The notes under the pieces were generated by a model. It was given only the letters and a program-made list of their open reading frames with translations, was not told the origin of the DNA and did no database searches. Below are positions 9,935-18,710 of a DNA stretch of 64,000 nucleotides, one piece after another. The stretch's first letter is position 1, and each line of letters starts with the position of its first letter. Location of the stretch: assembly GCA_020350725.1 (NCBI GenBank), contig CP070719.1, forward strand, positions 1,418,096-1,482,095, in the 5' to 3' direction. Source of the DNA: a bacterium (GTDB taxonomy: Bacteria; BMS3Abin14). The position numbers and the translations under genes are program-made.

Positions 9935-10504
9935 ATGCGGCACTCCGGAGTGAAGCTCCTCCTCACCGGAAAACCCGGCTGCGGCAAGACCACCCTTATC
10001 AAGAAGATCGTCGGGGCCCTGCCGTCGGCGGCCGTTGGATTCTATACAGAGGAGATCCGCGGTGCGCATGGCCGGCGTAAAGGCTTTTCCCTGCTCACAT
10101 TGGACGGCCGGAGAGGCACGCTGGCCGCTGTCGGCACGGGAGGGCACCACAGGGTAGGGCGATATCGCGTGAACCTGGACTGTGTGGACCGCCTGGCGGT
10201 CGCTTCACTGCACACGGAGGACGAGAACCTGTTGATCGTCATCGACGAAGTCGGCAAAATGGAGTGCCTGTCGGGGGCCTTCTGCAACGCGGTGCGCAGA
10301 GCACTGGATGGTCCGAACCCGGTGCTGGGTACCGTCGCGCTGGGAGGTGCCCCCTTCATCAGGGAGATCCGCGACCGGGACGATATAGAGCTCATCGAGG
10401 TGACGGCGGACAACAGGCAGTCGCTGGCGGGTGAGCTGGTGGAAATCCTTGAAACAAGGACGAATAAATGGGACGAAAATGAGGTTGACATCGAAAAGCC
10501 TTGA
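9935..10504 (+). CDS. THEP1-family nucleoside triphosphatase
   Basis: LLLTGKPGCGKTT (Walker A), GFYTEEIR, RVGRYRV and IVIDEVGKME motifs. Confidence 0.9.
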   Translation: MRHSGVKLLLTGKPGCGKTTLIKKIVGALPSAAVGFYTEEIRGAHGRRKGFSLLTLDGRRGTLAAVGTGGHHRVGRYRVNLDCVDRLAVASLHTEDENLLIVIDEVGKMECLSGAFCNAVRRALDGPNPVLGTVALGGAPFIREIRDRDDIELIEVTADNRQSLAGELVEILETRTNKWDENEVDIEKP

Positions 10505-10664
10505 CGGGGAGGGCCGCGGAGGCGCCGCACGGGGCACTGCCGCCCTTCGACAGGCTCAGAGCCGGCCCGGGACCACGGAGAAAACCTTTTGGATTTTGGT
10601 TATATTCCAGTACGGTGATCCGTAAAATCGTGGAATTTTCAGGAGAGGGAAGCAGGGCGGACGC

Positions 10665-11009
10665 GTGAAGATCGAAAAGTTCAGCTTCGGCATTATCAGG
10701 ATCGACGGGCGTGATTACGGCAGTGACGTCCTTCTCCTTCCTCCGGTGGTCAAAGACACATGGTGGCGGAGGGAGGGGCACACGGTGTTGACCGATGACC
10801 TGGTGGACGTCCTTGTCTACAGGCCCACCGTGCTGGTTGTCGGAAAGGGGGCTTCAGGTCACATGCGGGTGCCGGACAGTACTATCAGGGAGGTCGAGTC
10901 CACAGGCACCCGGGTGGAATCCTATCTCACCGAGGAGGCTTGCCGGCGATTCAACGAGCTTGTGGAGAAAGGGGAAAAGGTCGCGGGGGCCATGCATTTG
11001 ACGTGCTGA
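10665..11009 (+). CDS. Mth938-like domain protein (DUF498/598)
   Basis: FSFG.I.IDG..Y..DV, WWRREGH, LVVGKGASG and C-terminal HLTC. Confidence 0.85.
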   Translation: MKIEKFSFGIIRIDGRDYGSDVLLLPPVVKDTWWRREGHTVLTDDLVDVLVYRPTVLVVGKGASGHMRVPDSTIREVESTGTRVESYLTEEACRRFNELVEKGEKVAGAMHLTC

Positions 11010-11199
11010 AAAGCAGTGCTGGGGACTGAGAGCTGAGCGCAAAGCCGAGGCATAAAATGTAGAGGGGAATCCAGGTCCGGGTCCCAGGTTCCAAGTTCCG
11101 TGTTCCAGGCCCAGGATTCCAGACACTGGAGCCTGGAAACTGCCTTTTCTTTTCCACCTTCCCCTTTTCCCTCTCTTCTTTCCCCTGTAATATTCTTCC

Positions 11200-12828
11200 A
11201 TGGAAAGCGACTGGGGAGAAAAGACAACTATCCGGGCCGGGATCAACGCCATAGCGGGCGAGATGTACGCGACTCTGGCGAGTACCTTTCCCGTCTGCTG
11301 CGCATCCGATGAGTTCACCTTTTTCCCTCAGGCCATCAGGGATGAACCGGACTGGTCGGTGTGGGATGATTTTTCCCCCGACCGGGTCGAAGAGGTCTGC
11401 GCCAGGCTCTCCGGCTGGGAGGCCGGGCTCGAAGACCTGGAGAGGAGGGGAGGGGATCGGGGAGAGGACTTCGACAGCCGGGTCGATGCCCAGGTCCTCT
11501 TTCGCTGCGCCAGAGCGCTGCGCGAGCAGCTCCGGGAGGTAAGGTGGCATGAGAAACAGCCCACCTTTATTCTCACCGTCGTCACGACCGGCATCCTGCA
11601 GGCCATGGAAGCGGGCGGTGAAGCGCTGCGTGAGAGGATCAAAAAGCTGCCGGCCTTCCTGGGCCGGTCAGCCCGAGCGATGGAGAGTGTCCCGGACCTT
11701 TTCGTTCGGATGGGCATCGAGATGGCTGAGGCAACCGGAGAATGGCTTCGGACCCTTGAGGTTGAGGAAGGGATCGAAGCATCCTGTCTGGCCCTGCAGG
11801 AGTTCACCGACCGTCTTGGTGCGGTTTCCACAGTGAGGGATTTCCGACTTGCCCCCGACGTTCTGGACCGTGTCCTTGCCGATCACATGGGAAGCGGCCT
11901 TTCCGCCTCCGACATCCTCGATGAACTCAGCGATGAGAGAGCCTATATGAGATCCATTCTCCAGGAGGAGGCCTTCCGGATCGGTCAGGGGCAATCGTGG
12001 CGGGACGCCTGGGAAAAAATTCCCCTGGAGGAAATACCGGCGGGAGGTAAGCTGGCGCTCCTGGGAAAGGAGATCCAGTCGTTGGAAAAGCACTGCGTGG
12101 AGGCCGGATTCGTCGACGGGGAATCCGTTCGGAGGAGTTCCCTCGAGGTCGCCTCCCTGCCCGAATCCCTCAGTGCGGTGCGTGCTGCCGACTCCTACAA
12201 CGCCCGACCCGGTCATCCCTATCCCGGCGGCACCTTTTACGTCTTCAGCGGCGGCAGCCTGGGTGCCTCATCCCGCCGCGTCCATCCCGTGTACAGGATG
12301 ACCGTAGCCCACGAGGCCTGGCCGGGACACCACATGCTGGATCTCTCCCGCTGGAACCAGGAGAGACCCCTGCGCCGTCCCCTGGAGTACGCTCTGTTCT
12401 ACGAGGGCTGGGCCTGCTTCGCCGAGGAACTGGTAAGGGAGACGGGCTACTTCGATCGCCCGTACGACCGGCTGATCCTCGCCCGGCGGCGCTACCGGCA
12501 TGCCGTCCGGGGGGCGGTGGACATTCTGATGCACATGGGGCGGCTTGATCTCGAGCGGGCCGCCCGGATCCTCTCCGGAGAGGGATTTCCGCCGGAGAGG
12601 GCGCGGATGACGGTGGAAAAATACGCCCTGCGTCCCGGTTATCAGATGTGCTACACTCTGGGGTCGAGAAAATTCCGGCGCCTGTACGATCTGTTCGGAA
12701 AAGAGAATAGGGCCGGTTTCGTCCGGAGGGTGATGGCCTCCGGCGAGATCGGTTTCGATCATCTGGAGGGAATCCTGACGGGACATTCCGGTCCAGCGTC
12801 CAGCGTCCCGGGACCAATGGGAGGATAA
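11200..12828 (+). CDS. DUF885 family protein (HExxPGHH metallopeptidase-like)
   Basis: AHEAWPGHH, FYEGWACFAEEL, RGAVDILMH and PGYQMCYTLG motifs; no signal peptide. Confidence 0.85.
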   Translation: MESDWGEKTTIRAGINAIAGEMYATLASTFPVCCASDEFTFFPQAIRDEPDWSVWDDFSPDRVEEVCARLSGWEAGLEDLERRGGDRGEDFDSRVDAQVLFRCARALREQLREVRWHEKQPTFILTVVTTGILQAMEAGGEALRERIKKLPAFLGRSARAMESVPDLFVRMGIEMAEATGEWLRTLEVEEGIEASCLALQEFTDRLGAVSTVRDFRLAPDVLDRVLADHMGSGLSASDILDELSDERAYMRSILQEEAFRIGQGQSWRDAWEKIPLEEIPAGGKLALLGKEIQSLEKHCVEAGFVDGESVRRSSLEVASLPESLSAVRAADSYNARPGHPYPGGTFYVFSGGSLGASSRRVHPVYRMTVAHEAWPGHHMLDLSRWNQERPLRRPLEYALFYEGWACFAEELVRETGYFDRPYDRLILARRRYRHAVRGAVDILMHMGRLDLERAARILSGEGFPPERARMTVEKYALRPGYQMCYTLGSRKFRRLYDLFGKENRAGFVRRVMASGEIGFDHLEGILTGHSGPASSVPGPMGG

Positions 12829-12927
12829 CGGGAAGCCTCAGATCGATGGGCTCAACCCTCCATTGACGGCTTTACGGTCTTTGATGTGCGACGCGGGACG
12901 CGAGAGGAAATATTGAAGGGGAGATCT

Positions 12928-14319
12928 ATGGAGGACTTTCTCGGATATCACTCGGAATGGAACCTGGGCAGTCCCGGAGGGTGGGACTACCAGCGCGTCA
13001 CCCAGATCATCGGCAAGGCGGTGTGGGAGAGGCTCAACCGGGTCAGGGAAATCGGTGTCGAGCTTGATTTCGACCACCCTCTCCTCTATCCCGTTTACGG
13101 GTTTACGGACATGCTGGTCAAGGCTCACAGGGACCGGGAGGGATCCAATGCCGGTTTTATCGCGGTAGTGGCGGAGGAGGAAACCCTCGAGGACGTCACG
13201 GAGAACGTCAACCTTGCCAACCGCCTGAACGCCATTGACGGCATCAGCAGCGCCCTCATGGCCCCCCACGAGCTTGAGCTCGCCGGCGGAAGGATCTCAT
13301 GGAAAGGGGAGCCCGTGTCCATTATTTTCATGGATTTCAACACGGACGTGCTCCTCTCCCTGCACCGCAGCCGGGGCCTTTCCCCACTCATCCGGGCGGT
13401 GCAGGAGGGCAGGGTGATCAATCCCCGGGGAACGGAACCCATTAACGTCAAGAGCATGTTCGAGGTGATGTCGGGCAGGTTCCGGGATCGCTTCCACCCG
13501 GAGACGGTCAGGAGGACCCCCTGGACCGCTCGTTTCTTCGCCAGGGAGGCCGTGGGACCGGCAGGTGAGGTGATCGGTGATCTGGTTGAGTGGACACGGG
13601 ACAACTGGGAACACCTGGTCCTGAAACCGGAAAGGGGATACTCCGGGATCGGGGTCCGCGTCGGGGGGGTTAACCCGGATCCGGACGATGCCATCGACCT
13701 TGCCCTGAGGAAAGGCGATTACATCGTCCAGGAGAAGATCCCCCTGAACCTTTGGGCCGAGGACAATCCCGCCCTGAACGCTGAGGACGAGAGGATCGAC
13801 CTGGAGAGGTATCAGACCGATTTCAGGTGCCTCATGGGTCCGGAGGGCCTGTTCGGATTTCTGGTCCGATTCGGCGGTGTGCCCACGAACGTGGGAAGCG
13901 GAGGAGGGGTGCAGCCTCTGGCGGTCCTCAGGTCGGACATGACCGTGCGGGAAGCCGTCAGCAGGATGAACGAAAACATCCTGTCCATGGCATACGGCGA
14001 CGTCCGTGAGATAGTGGATCTGCAGGAGGAGTTGGCTCTTGAGCACCGATTCACCTATCTGCTGGGACCCATCAGGATCGCCCTCCGGCCCAGGATTATC
14101 TCTTCGGGGCATCTTGACGCTCTGGAACACTACGGTGCCGCCATGTGGGAGGACTGTCTGACCCTTGAGAGGATGTGGCTGGCGGGACAACTGGACGATT
14201 ACGTCGACATGGAGGAGGAAGAACTGGCTATTTCGAGAAGCCAGCCCTGGCGGGGCGGGGCGGCAGTGTTTGCCTCGGACGGTCTGTTCAGCTTCGGGGC
14301 CCATCCGGAGGGGCCATGA
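12928..14319 (+). CDS. ATP-grasp-like amidoligase of unknown function
   Basis: LVLKPERGYSGIGV, YIVQEKIPL, QTDFRC and TNVGSGGG resemble ATP-grasp nucleotide-binding motifs; RBS GAAGGGG before ATG 12928. Confidence 0.6.
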   Translation: MEDFLGYHSEWNLGSPGGWDYQRVTQIIGKAVWERLNRVREIGVELDFDHPLLYPVYGFTDMLVKAHRDREGSNAGFIAVVAEEETLEDVTENVNLANRLNAIDGISSALMAPHELELAGGRISWKGEPVSIIFMDFNTDVLLSLHRSRGLSPLIRAVQEGRVINPRGTEPINVKSMFEVMSGRFRDRFHPETVRRTPWTARFFAREAVGPAGEVIGDLVEWTRDNWEHLVLKPERGYSGIGVRVGGVNPDPDDAIDLALRKGDYIVQEKIPLNLWAEDNPALNAEDERIDLERYQTDFRCLMGPEGLFGFLVRFGGVPTNVGSGGGVQPLAVLRSDMTVREAVSRMNENILSMAYGDVREIVDLQEELALEHRFTYLLGPIRIALRPRIISSGHLDALEHYGAAMWEDCLTLERMWLAGQLDDYVDMEEEELAISRSQPWRGGAAVFASDGLFSFGAHPEGP

Positions 14320-15104
14320 GAATTCGGGTGAATGAGGATTGGTGGAAGACCCTTTTCGATGAGATCTATCTGCTCACAGATGCCCGGTCGGTCTGCGACG
14401 AAGAACTGTCGAGCAGGGAGGTGGATCTGATCTGCCGGTTGATGGCCCCGGGTAAGGAGGACCGCATCCTGGATATGTGCGGGGGCCAGGGCAGGCACAG
14501 CCTTGAACTGGCGTCGAGGGGCTTTGCCGGCTGCACCGTACTGGATTACTCCCAGTACCTGGTGGACCAGGGGATGAAGACGGCTCGATCGCGAAAGATC
14601 GAGGTGGACTTTATCAGGAGTGACGCCAGAGACACCGGTCTGCCGGGGTCCTCCTTCGACCACGTCATGATCCTGGGGAATTCTCTCGGATATCTCCCCG
14701 AGATCGATGACGACCTGAAGATCCTCAAGGAGGCCTACCGCCTCCTGAAAGCGGGCGGAAACCTGCTTTTAGACGTGGCCGACGGAAAGCTGGTCAAGGA
14801 CAGCATGGCCCCTGTGGCCTGGCACGAGACGGACGGAACGGTGGTTGTCTGTCGGAGAAGGGAGCTGAAGGGCGACAGTGTCAGCGCCAGGGAACTGGTC
14901 CTGTGCAAGGAGAGGGGACTGCTTCGGGATCAGGCCTACAGGGTCCGCCTGTTTGAATCGAACGATCTCAAGGGACTGCTGACCGAGGCCGGGTTTTCAA
15001 CGGTCGATGTCCACAGTGATTTTTCCCCCCACGCCGGTGACGAAGACTACGGCTTCATGGATAAACGCCTGCTGGTCACGGCCGTCAAGGGAGCTTTTGA
15101 TTAA
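14316..15104 (+). CDS. class I SAM-dependent methyltransferase
   Basis: ILDMCGGQGRH (motif I), VLDYS, SDARD, ILGNSLGY; ATGA overlap with the upstream gene. Confidence 0.9.
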   Translation: MRIRVNEDWWKTLFDEIYLLTDARSVCDEELSSREVDLICRLMAPGKEDRILDMCGGQGRHSLELASRGFAGCTVLDYSQYLVDQGMKTARSRKIEVDFIRSDARDTGLPGSSFDHVMILGNSLGYLPEIDDDLKILKEAYRLLKAGGNLLLDVADGKLVKDSMAPVAWHETDGTVVVCRRRELKGDSVSARELVLCKERGLLRDQAYRVRLFESNDLKGLLTEAGFSTVDVHSDFSPHAGDEDYGFMDKRLLVTAVKGAFD

Positions 15105-15235
15105 AACGGCATTTGCTGATATAGAATAGTCCGTACGAGAAGGACCGGGCTACTATATTCACACGGAGGGGGAAGCCGCCGGCACATGGAGCGGTTTCCC
15201 GTTTTTTCAATCCATGTAGAGCCGGAGGTCGATTG

Positions 15236-16222
15236 ATGAAGGGTAACCGGATTATCGGTACGGGAATGGGGCTGCCCTCCCGAGTGGTGACCAACGAGGA
15301 TCTGGCCAAGATCGTGAATACCACCGATGAGTGGATCACTACGAGAACGGGTATCAAGGAGCGGCGCATCGCTGAGGACCACGAGACAACCTCTGATTTC
15401 AGCGCCCTCGCCGCCGAAAATGCCATGGAGATGGCCGGGATCGGCCCGGAGGAGATCGATCTGATCATCGTCGCTACCCTGTCGCCCGACAGACTGCTGC
15501 CCTCGACAGCCTGCCTTGTTCAGGGCAAGATCGGAGCGAAGAACGCCGCCTGTTTCGATCTGGAGGCAGCCTGCTCGGGATTCGTCTACGGTCTGGCTGT
15601 GGCCAACGGCATGATGCCCGACTTGGGGGTCAGGACCGCGCTGGTCATCGGAGCCGAAACGCTCTCCCGGGTTCTCGACTGGACGGACAGGAACACCTGC
15701 GTCCTCTTTGCGGACGGGGGTGGAGCGGCTATCCTCCGCCATGAGGGGAATGTGGACAGGGGGATCCTGTCAACCTACCTGAGGGCAGATGGCTCGGCAC
15801 CTCCGCCGTGGCTGGCCGTCGAACCGGGGGTGGCCGACCTGAACCCGCTGAGTGAATACGGCAGCAGGGATTTTGCCATCCGCATGGAGGGCAGGGAGGT
15901 GTTCAAGTTCGGGGTCCGTGCCCTGCCCGATGCGGTCCACGGAGCCCTGAAACTGACCGATGGCTTGACGATCCAGGATGTGGACTGGATCATTCCCCAT
16001 CAGGCCAACGTGCGCATCATTGAGGCGGCCGCCAAATCGCTCGATATTCCCTACGAGAGATTCGTTGTCAACCTGCAGAAGTACGGGAACACATCAGGCG
16101 GTACCATACCTATAGCCCTTGACGAGGCCAACCGGGACGGCCGGATCAAGGAGGGGGACATCGTCGCCCTGTCCGGTTTCGGAGCCGGTTTGACCTGGGC
16201 GGGTGCGATCATACGATGGTAG
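15236..16222 (+). CDS. fabH: 3-oxoacyl-ACP synthase III
   Basis: WITTRTGIKERR, FDLEAACSGF (catalytic Cys), IPHQANVRI and YGNTSGG motifs. Confidence 0.95.
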   Translation: MKGNRIIGTGMGLPSRVVTNEDLAKIVNTTDEWITTRTGIKERRIAEDHETTSDFSALAAENAMEMAGIGPEEIDLIIVATLSPDRLLPSTACLVQGKIGAKNAACFDLEAACSGFVYGLAVANGMMPDLGVRTALVIGAETLSRVLDWTDRNTCVLFADGGGAAILRHEGNVDRGILSTYLRADGSAPPPWLAVEPGVADLNPLSEYGSRDFAIRMEGREVFKFGVRALPDAVHGALKLTDGLTIQDVDWIIPHQANVRIIEAAAKSLDIPYERFVVNLQKYGNTSGGTIPIALDEANRDGRIKEGDIVALSGFGAGLTWAGAIIRW

Positions 16223-16287
16223 GGAGGGACATCTCCTGAATACCGGGAACAAAGAGCTAAGGACCAAGAGCTGAGAACCGGGAACTG

Positions 16288-16860
16288 CTATACCCCCTTC
16301 ATATCTTGCACCTTTTCCAATATCCGAACATCCTCTGTGTCCCGTTCCCGACCGTACCGGCGAAGGAAGGCGATCATGTCCTCGATGGACAGGACCGGGA
16401 GCACAAGGTCGCCGAAGATGATCTTCCCCCGCCTCCTGAAAACCTCGTCGAAGGGAAGGGGGGGCCTGACAACGAGATCGATCTTCGGGCCGGGGCCCTC
16501 GGGGCCTTGGGGGGAAAGGGTGGCGGTGCTTCTCCCCCGGGCCCGGCTGTCGCGGAGTATCCTTGTCACGCCGCCGCTGGAGCCCTCCGGTCCCCTGGGC
16601 AGGTATCCCAGATCCTCCATGGCCCCCTGAAAGCGGACCAGGTTGCCCTCCCGGAGGTCCACCAGCAGGTCCAGGTCGTCCGTCAACCGTGGTATCCCGT
16701 GAAGGTTCATGGCCGCGCCGCCGGTAATGAGGTAATGGACCTCGCGGGAGGAGAGGGCCGAAAACGCCGGGGTGCAGTCCGCCGGCAGGGAGTGCTCGAG
16801 TAGGGCCTTCCCAGGGCGGGAATCAAGGATGGCGAAGAGCGATGGTGAATGCCAGTCCAT
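16288..16860 (-). CDS. predicted nucleotidyltransferase (minimal NTase-like)
   Basis: YLITGGAAMNLHG.PRLTDDLDLLVD, LIAF..YGRERDTED-like C-terminus (MIAFLRRYGRERDTED); start uncertain. Confidence 0.7.
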   Translation of the reverse strand: MDWHSPSLFAILDSRPGKALLEHSLPADCTPAFSALSSREVHYLITGGAAMNLHGIPRLTDDLDLLVDLREGNLVRFQGAMEDLGYLPRGPEGSSGGVTRILRDSRARGRSTATLSPQGPEGPGPKIDLVVRPPLPFDEVFRRRGKIIFGDLVLPVLSIEDMIAFLRRYGRERDTEDVRILEKVQDMKGV

Positions 16861-17017
16861 AAAAACAGTTCCCAGTTTCCAGCTCCCGGTTCCCGGTTAT
16901 GTGGAAAATCAGAAACTGGAATGGAATACACCGGAGATCAATGACAATTCAACGGCCAGCCTGCGCAGACAGATGCATTCCATCCGCGGTCCCGTCCCCC
17001 GCTTCCAGATGCCTACT

Positions 17018-17140
17018 GTTCCAATCTCCAATGCTCCAGTCTCCAATGCTCCAGTCTCCAATGCTCCAGTCTCTAATGCTCTAATCTCCAATGCTCTAAT
17101 TTCTAATACTCTATTTTCTAATGTTCCAGTTTCTAATCTC
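17018..17140. repeat. 15-bp tandem repeat array (TCTCCAATGCTCCAG, degenerating toward TTCTAATGYTCYAG)
   Basis: Three near-perfect copies at about 17025-17070, followed by progressively degenerate copies. Confidence 0.9.
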
Positions 17141-17169
17141 TGCTGCTCTCCTCGCATACCTTCCGGTCC

Positions 17170-18267
17170 CTACCTCAACAGATGCACATTCCCCAGCCTC
17201 ACCCTTGTCAGACCCTCCTCCAGGGCGGCTCTTCTTATCCCCTTCGCCTCCTCTCTGGTGATGAGGGGCAGATCGTTCATGCGGTAGTGGGGATAGAAGG
17301 CCAGCAGGCTGTAGGGGATGTCAGGGTCCACGGAGGCGATGAGCCCGGCGATGGAACGGACCTCCCTTTCGTCGATGTAACCGGGGACCATGAGGGTGCT
17401 GACCACCACCGGAGGTGGGATGGACCGTCCTCTCGACCGGTGGACTGCCCGCCGGAAGTTCTCCAGAGTGCGGCGGTTGGTAACCCCGGTCAGAGCAAAG
17501 GCCAGGTTCTCGTCGAAAGCCTTGATGTCGAACTTCACGCACCCGCCGGTCACCAGGGACATATCCACCATCTCGTCGAGCAGAGAGGGGTTCGCAGTGC
17601 CGTTGGTCTCCCAGCAGATGCGCAGGATCTTTCCCTTCGCCCTCTCGATGGCCAGGCGGGAGGACCTGAGGGCAAATGGCAGCTGGGGGGACGGGTCACC
17701 GCCGAAGTGACATATGCAGGCCGTGTGTTCGTCCACCGCCTCCGCGAGGTCCTCCGGCGATCTCGTCTCCGGCCGCAGGGTCTGGCCCCTGAAGTGCCAG
17801 TTCTGACAGTAGAGGCACTCCAGCGAGCAGGCGTGAAAGAACACGGCGAGGTTGGCATATCCTGTCTCCGGGCCCTCACGGTGGGCATACTTCGGATAAC
17901 CGGCCCCCGTACCGCCGGGACACACCCAGTCGGCTACGCAGTTGGTGGGAAGGGGGTCGTGATACCAGGACAGCTTGCCTCGAACCGGGGATACCCCGGT
18001 CATCCTTCCGTCGGAATTGCCGCGAAGGCCGCAGTAGCCGAGACCTCCGGCTGGGATCCGACATTCGTTGACACAGACCGTGCAGATGATCCCGTCCGGA
18101 TCGTCCGGGACCCCCTCAGGAAAACCGAAGGCTCTCCGGCTCCTCCGATGGGCCTGATCCGCCACCGAACGGGCTGCCTGCGGATCTTCCCGGATGCACC
18201 GGAGGCAGACTCCCAGATCCACGGAAACGGTCTGAGCTGAGGAACGGCAGAGTTCACATCGGGCCAT
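17170..18267 (-). CDS. radical SAM protein (PflA/AmmeMemoRadiSam-like)
   Basis: CSLECLYCQNW (CxxxCxxC), N-terminal CELC...CLRC and CTVCVNEC....GYCG, FGGDP, ICWETNG, VKFDIKA. Confidence 0.9.
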   Translation of the reverse strand: MARCELCRSSAQTVSVDLGVCLRCIREDPQAARSVADQAHRRSRRAFGFPEGVPDDPDGIICTVCVNECRIPAGGLGYCGLRGNSDGRMTGVSPVRGKLSWYHDPLPTNCVADWVCPGGTGAGYPKYAHREGPETGYANLAVFFHACSLECLYCQNWHFRGQTLRPETRSPEDLAEAVDEHTACICHFGGDPSPQLPFALRSSRLAIERAKGKILRICWETNGTANPSLLDEMVDMSLVTGGCVKFDIKAFDENLAFALTGVTNRRTLENFRRAVHRSRGRSIPPPVVVSTLMVPGYIDEREVRSIAGLIASVDPDIPYSLLAFYPHYRMNDLPLITREEAKGIRRAALEEGLTRVRLGNVHLLR

Positions 18268-18437
18268 GAATATATTCTAACCGAAGGACGGAAAAGATTT
18301 AACCGGGGAGGGAGATGGCCGAGGAAGATTACCCCCCTGTTGGAACCGGCGAAAGCCGGACCTGCTTGCCGATCCACTGTCGGGTTTTCTGATCCCATAT
18401 CAACGGGATCGCTGCTTGCTCCTGACTTCCTGACCCT

Positions 18438-18710
18438 TTACTTCACCGCCGCCTTTATCTCCGGTTGCGCCTGTTCGGTCAGGTCGTCGGTCCCGGGGCC
18501 TTTCATGTCCCGGATCAGGCCGTCGAGAAGATGCTCGGCCACGTTGATGATCTGGTTCTGGGTAAAACCGTTCTGGCGGAGGATCTTGTAAAAGGACCGG
18601 GCCACCAGCCGGGCGGCCCGTTCCTGATCCTGGGCCGAGATCTCCACGATCCGTTCCAGGGTCTCACAGGATCTTTTAAGCGCTGTCCGGTCCTTGATCG
18701 GGCGTTCCAT
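18438..18710 (-). CDS. small hypothetical protein (90 aa, helical)
   Basis: GC3-rich codon usage, RBS-like CAGGA; ARSFYKILRQNGFTQNQIINVAEHLL resembles small conserved myxobacterial/deltaproteobacterial proteins (from memory). Confidence 0.65.
   Translation of the reverse strand: MERPIKDRTALKRSCETLERIVEISAQDQERAARLVARSFYKILRQNGFTQNQIINVAEHLLDGLIRDMKGPGTDDLTEQAQPEIKAAVK

Noticed and set aside
11001-11040. C-terminal Cys-UGA of the Mth938-like protein as a Sec site
   Set aside because: HLTC is a normal C-terminus for this family; the downstream sequence is heptamer repeat with another stop soon after and no SECIS-like stem.
17018-17140. CRISPR array
   Set aside because: The repeats are directly tandem with no unique spacers, and there are no cas genes in the window.
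16909-17157. A bona fide pentapeptide-repeat protein gene
   Set aside because: Poor RBS spacing, atypical AT-rich codons, and fully explained by the DNA repeat; kept only as a repeat finding.
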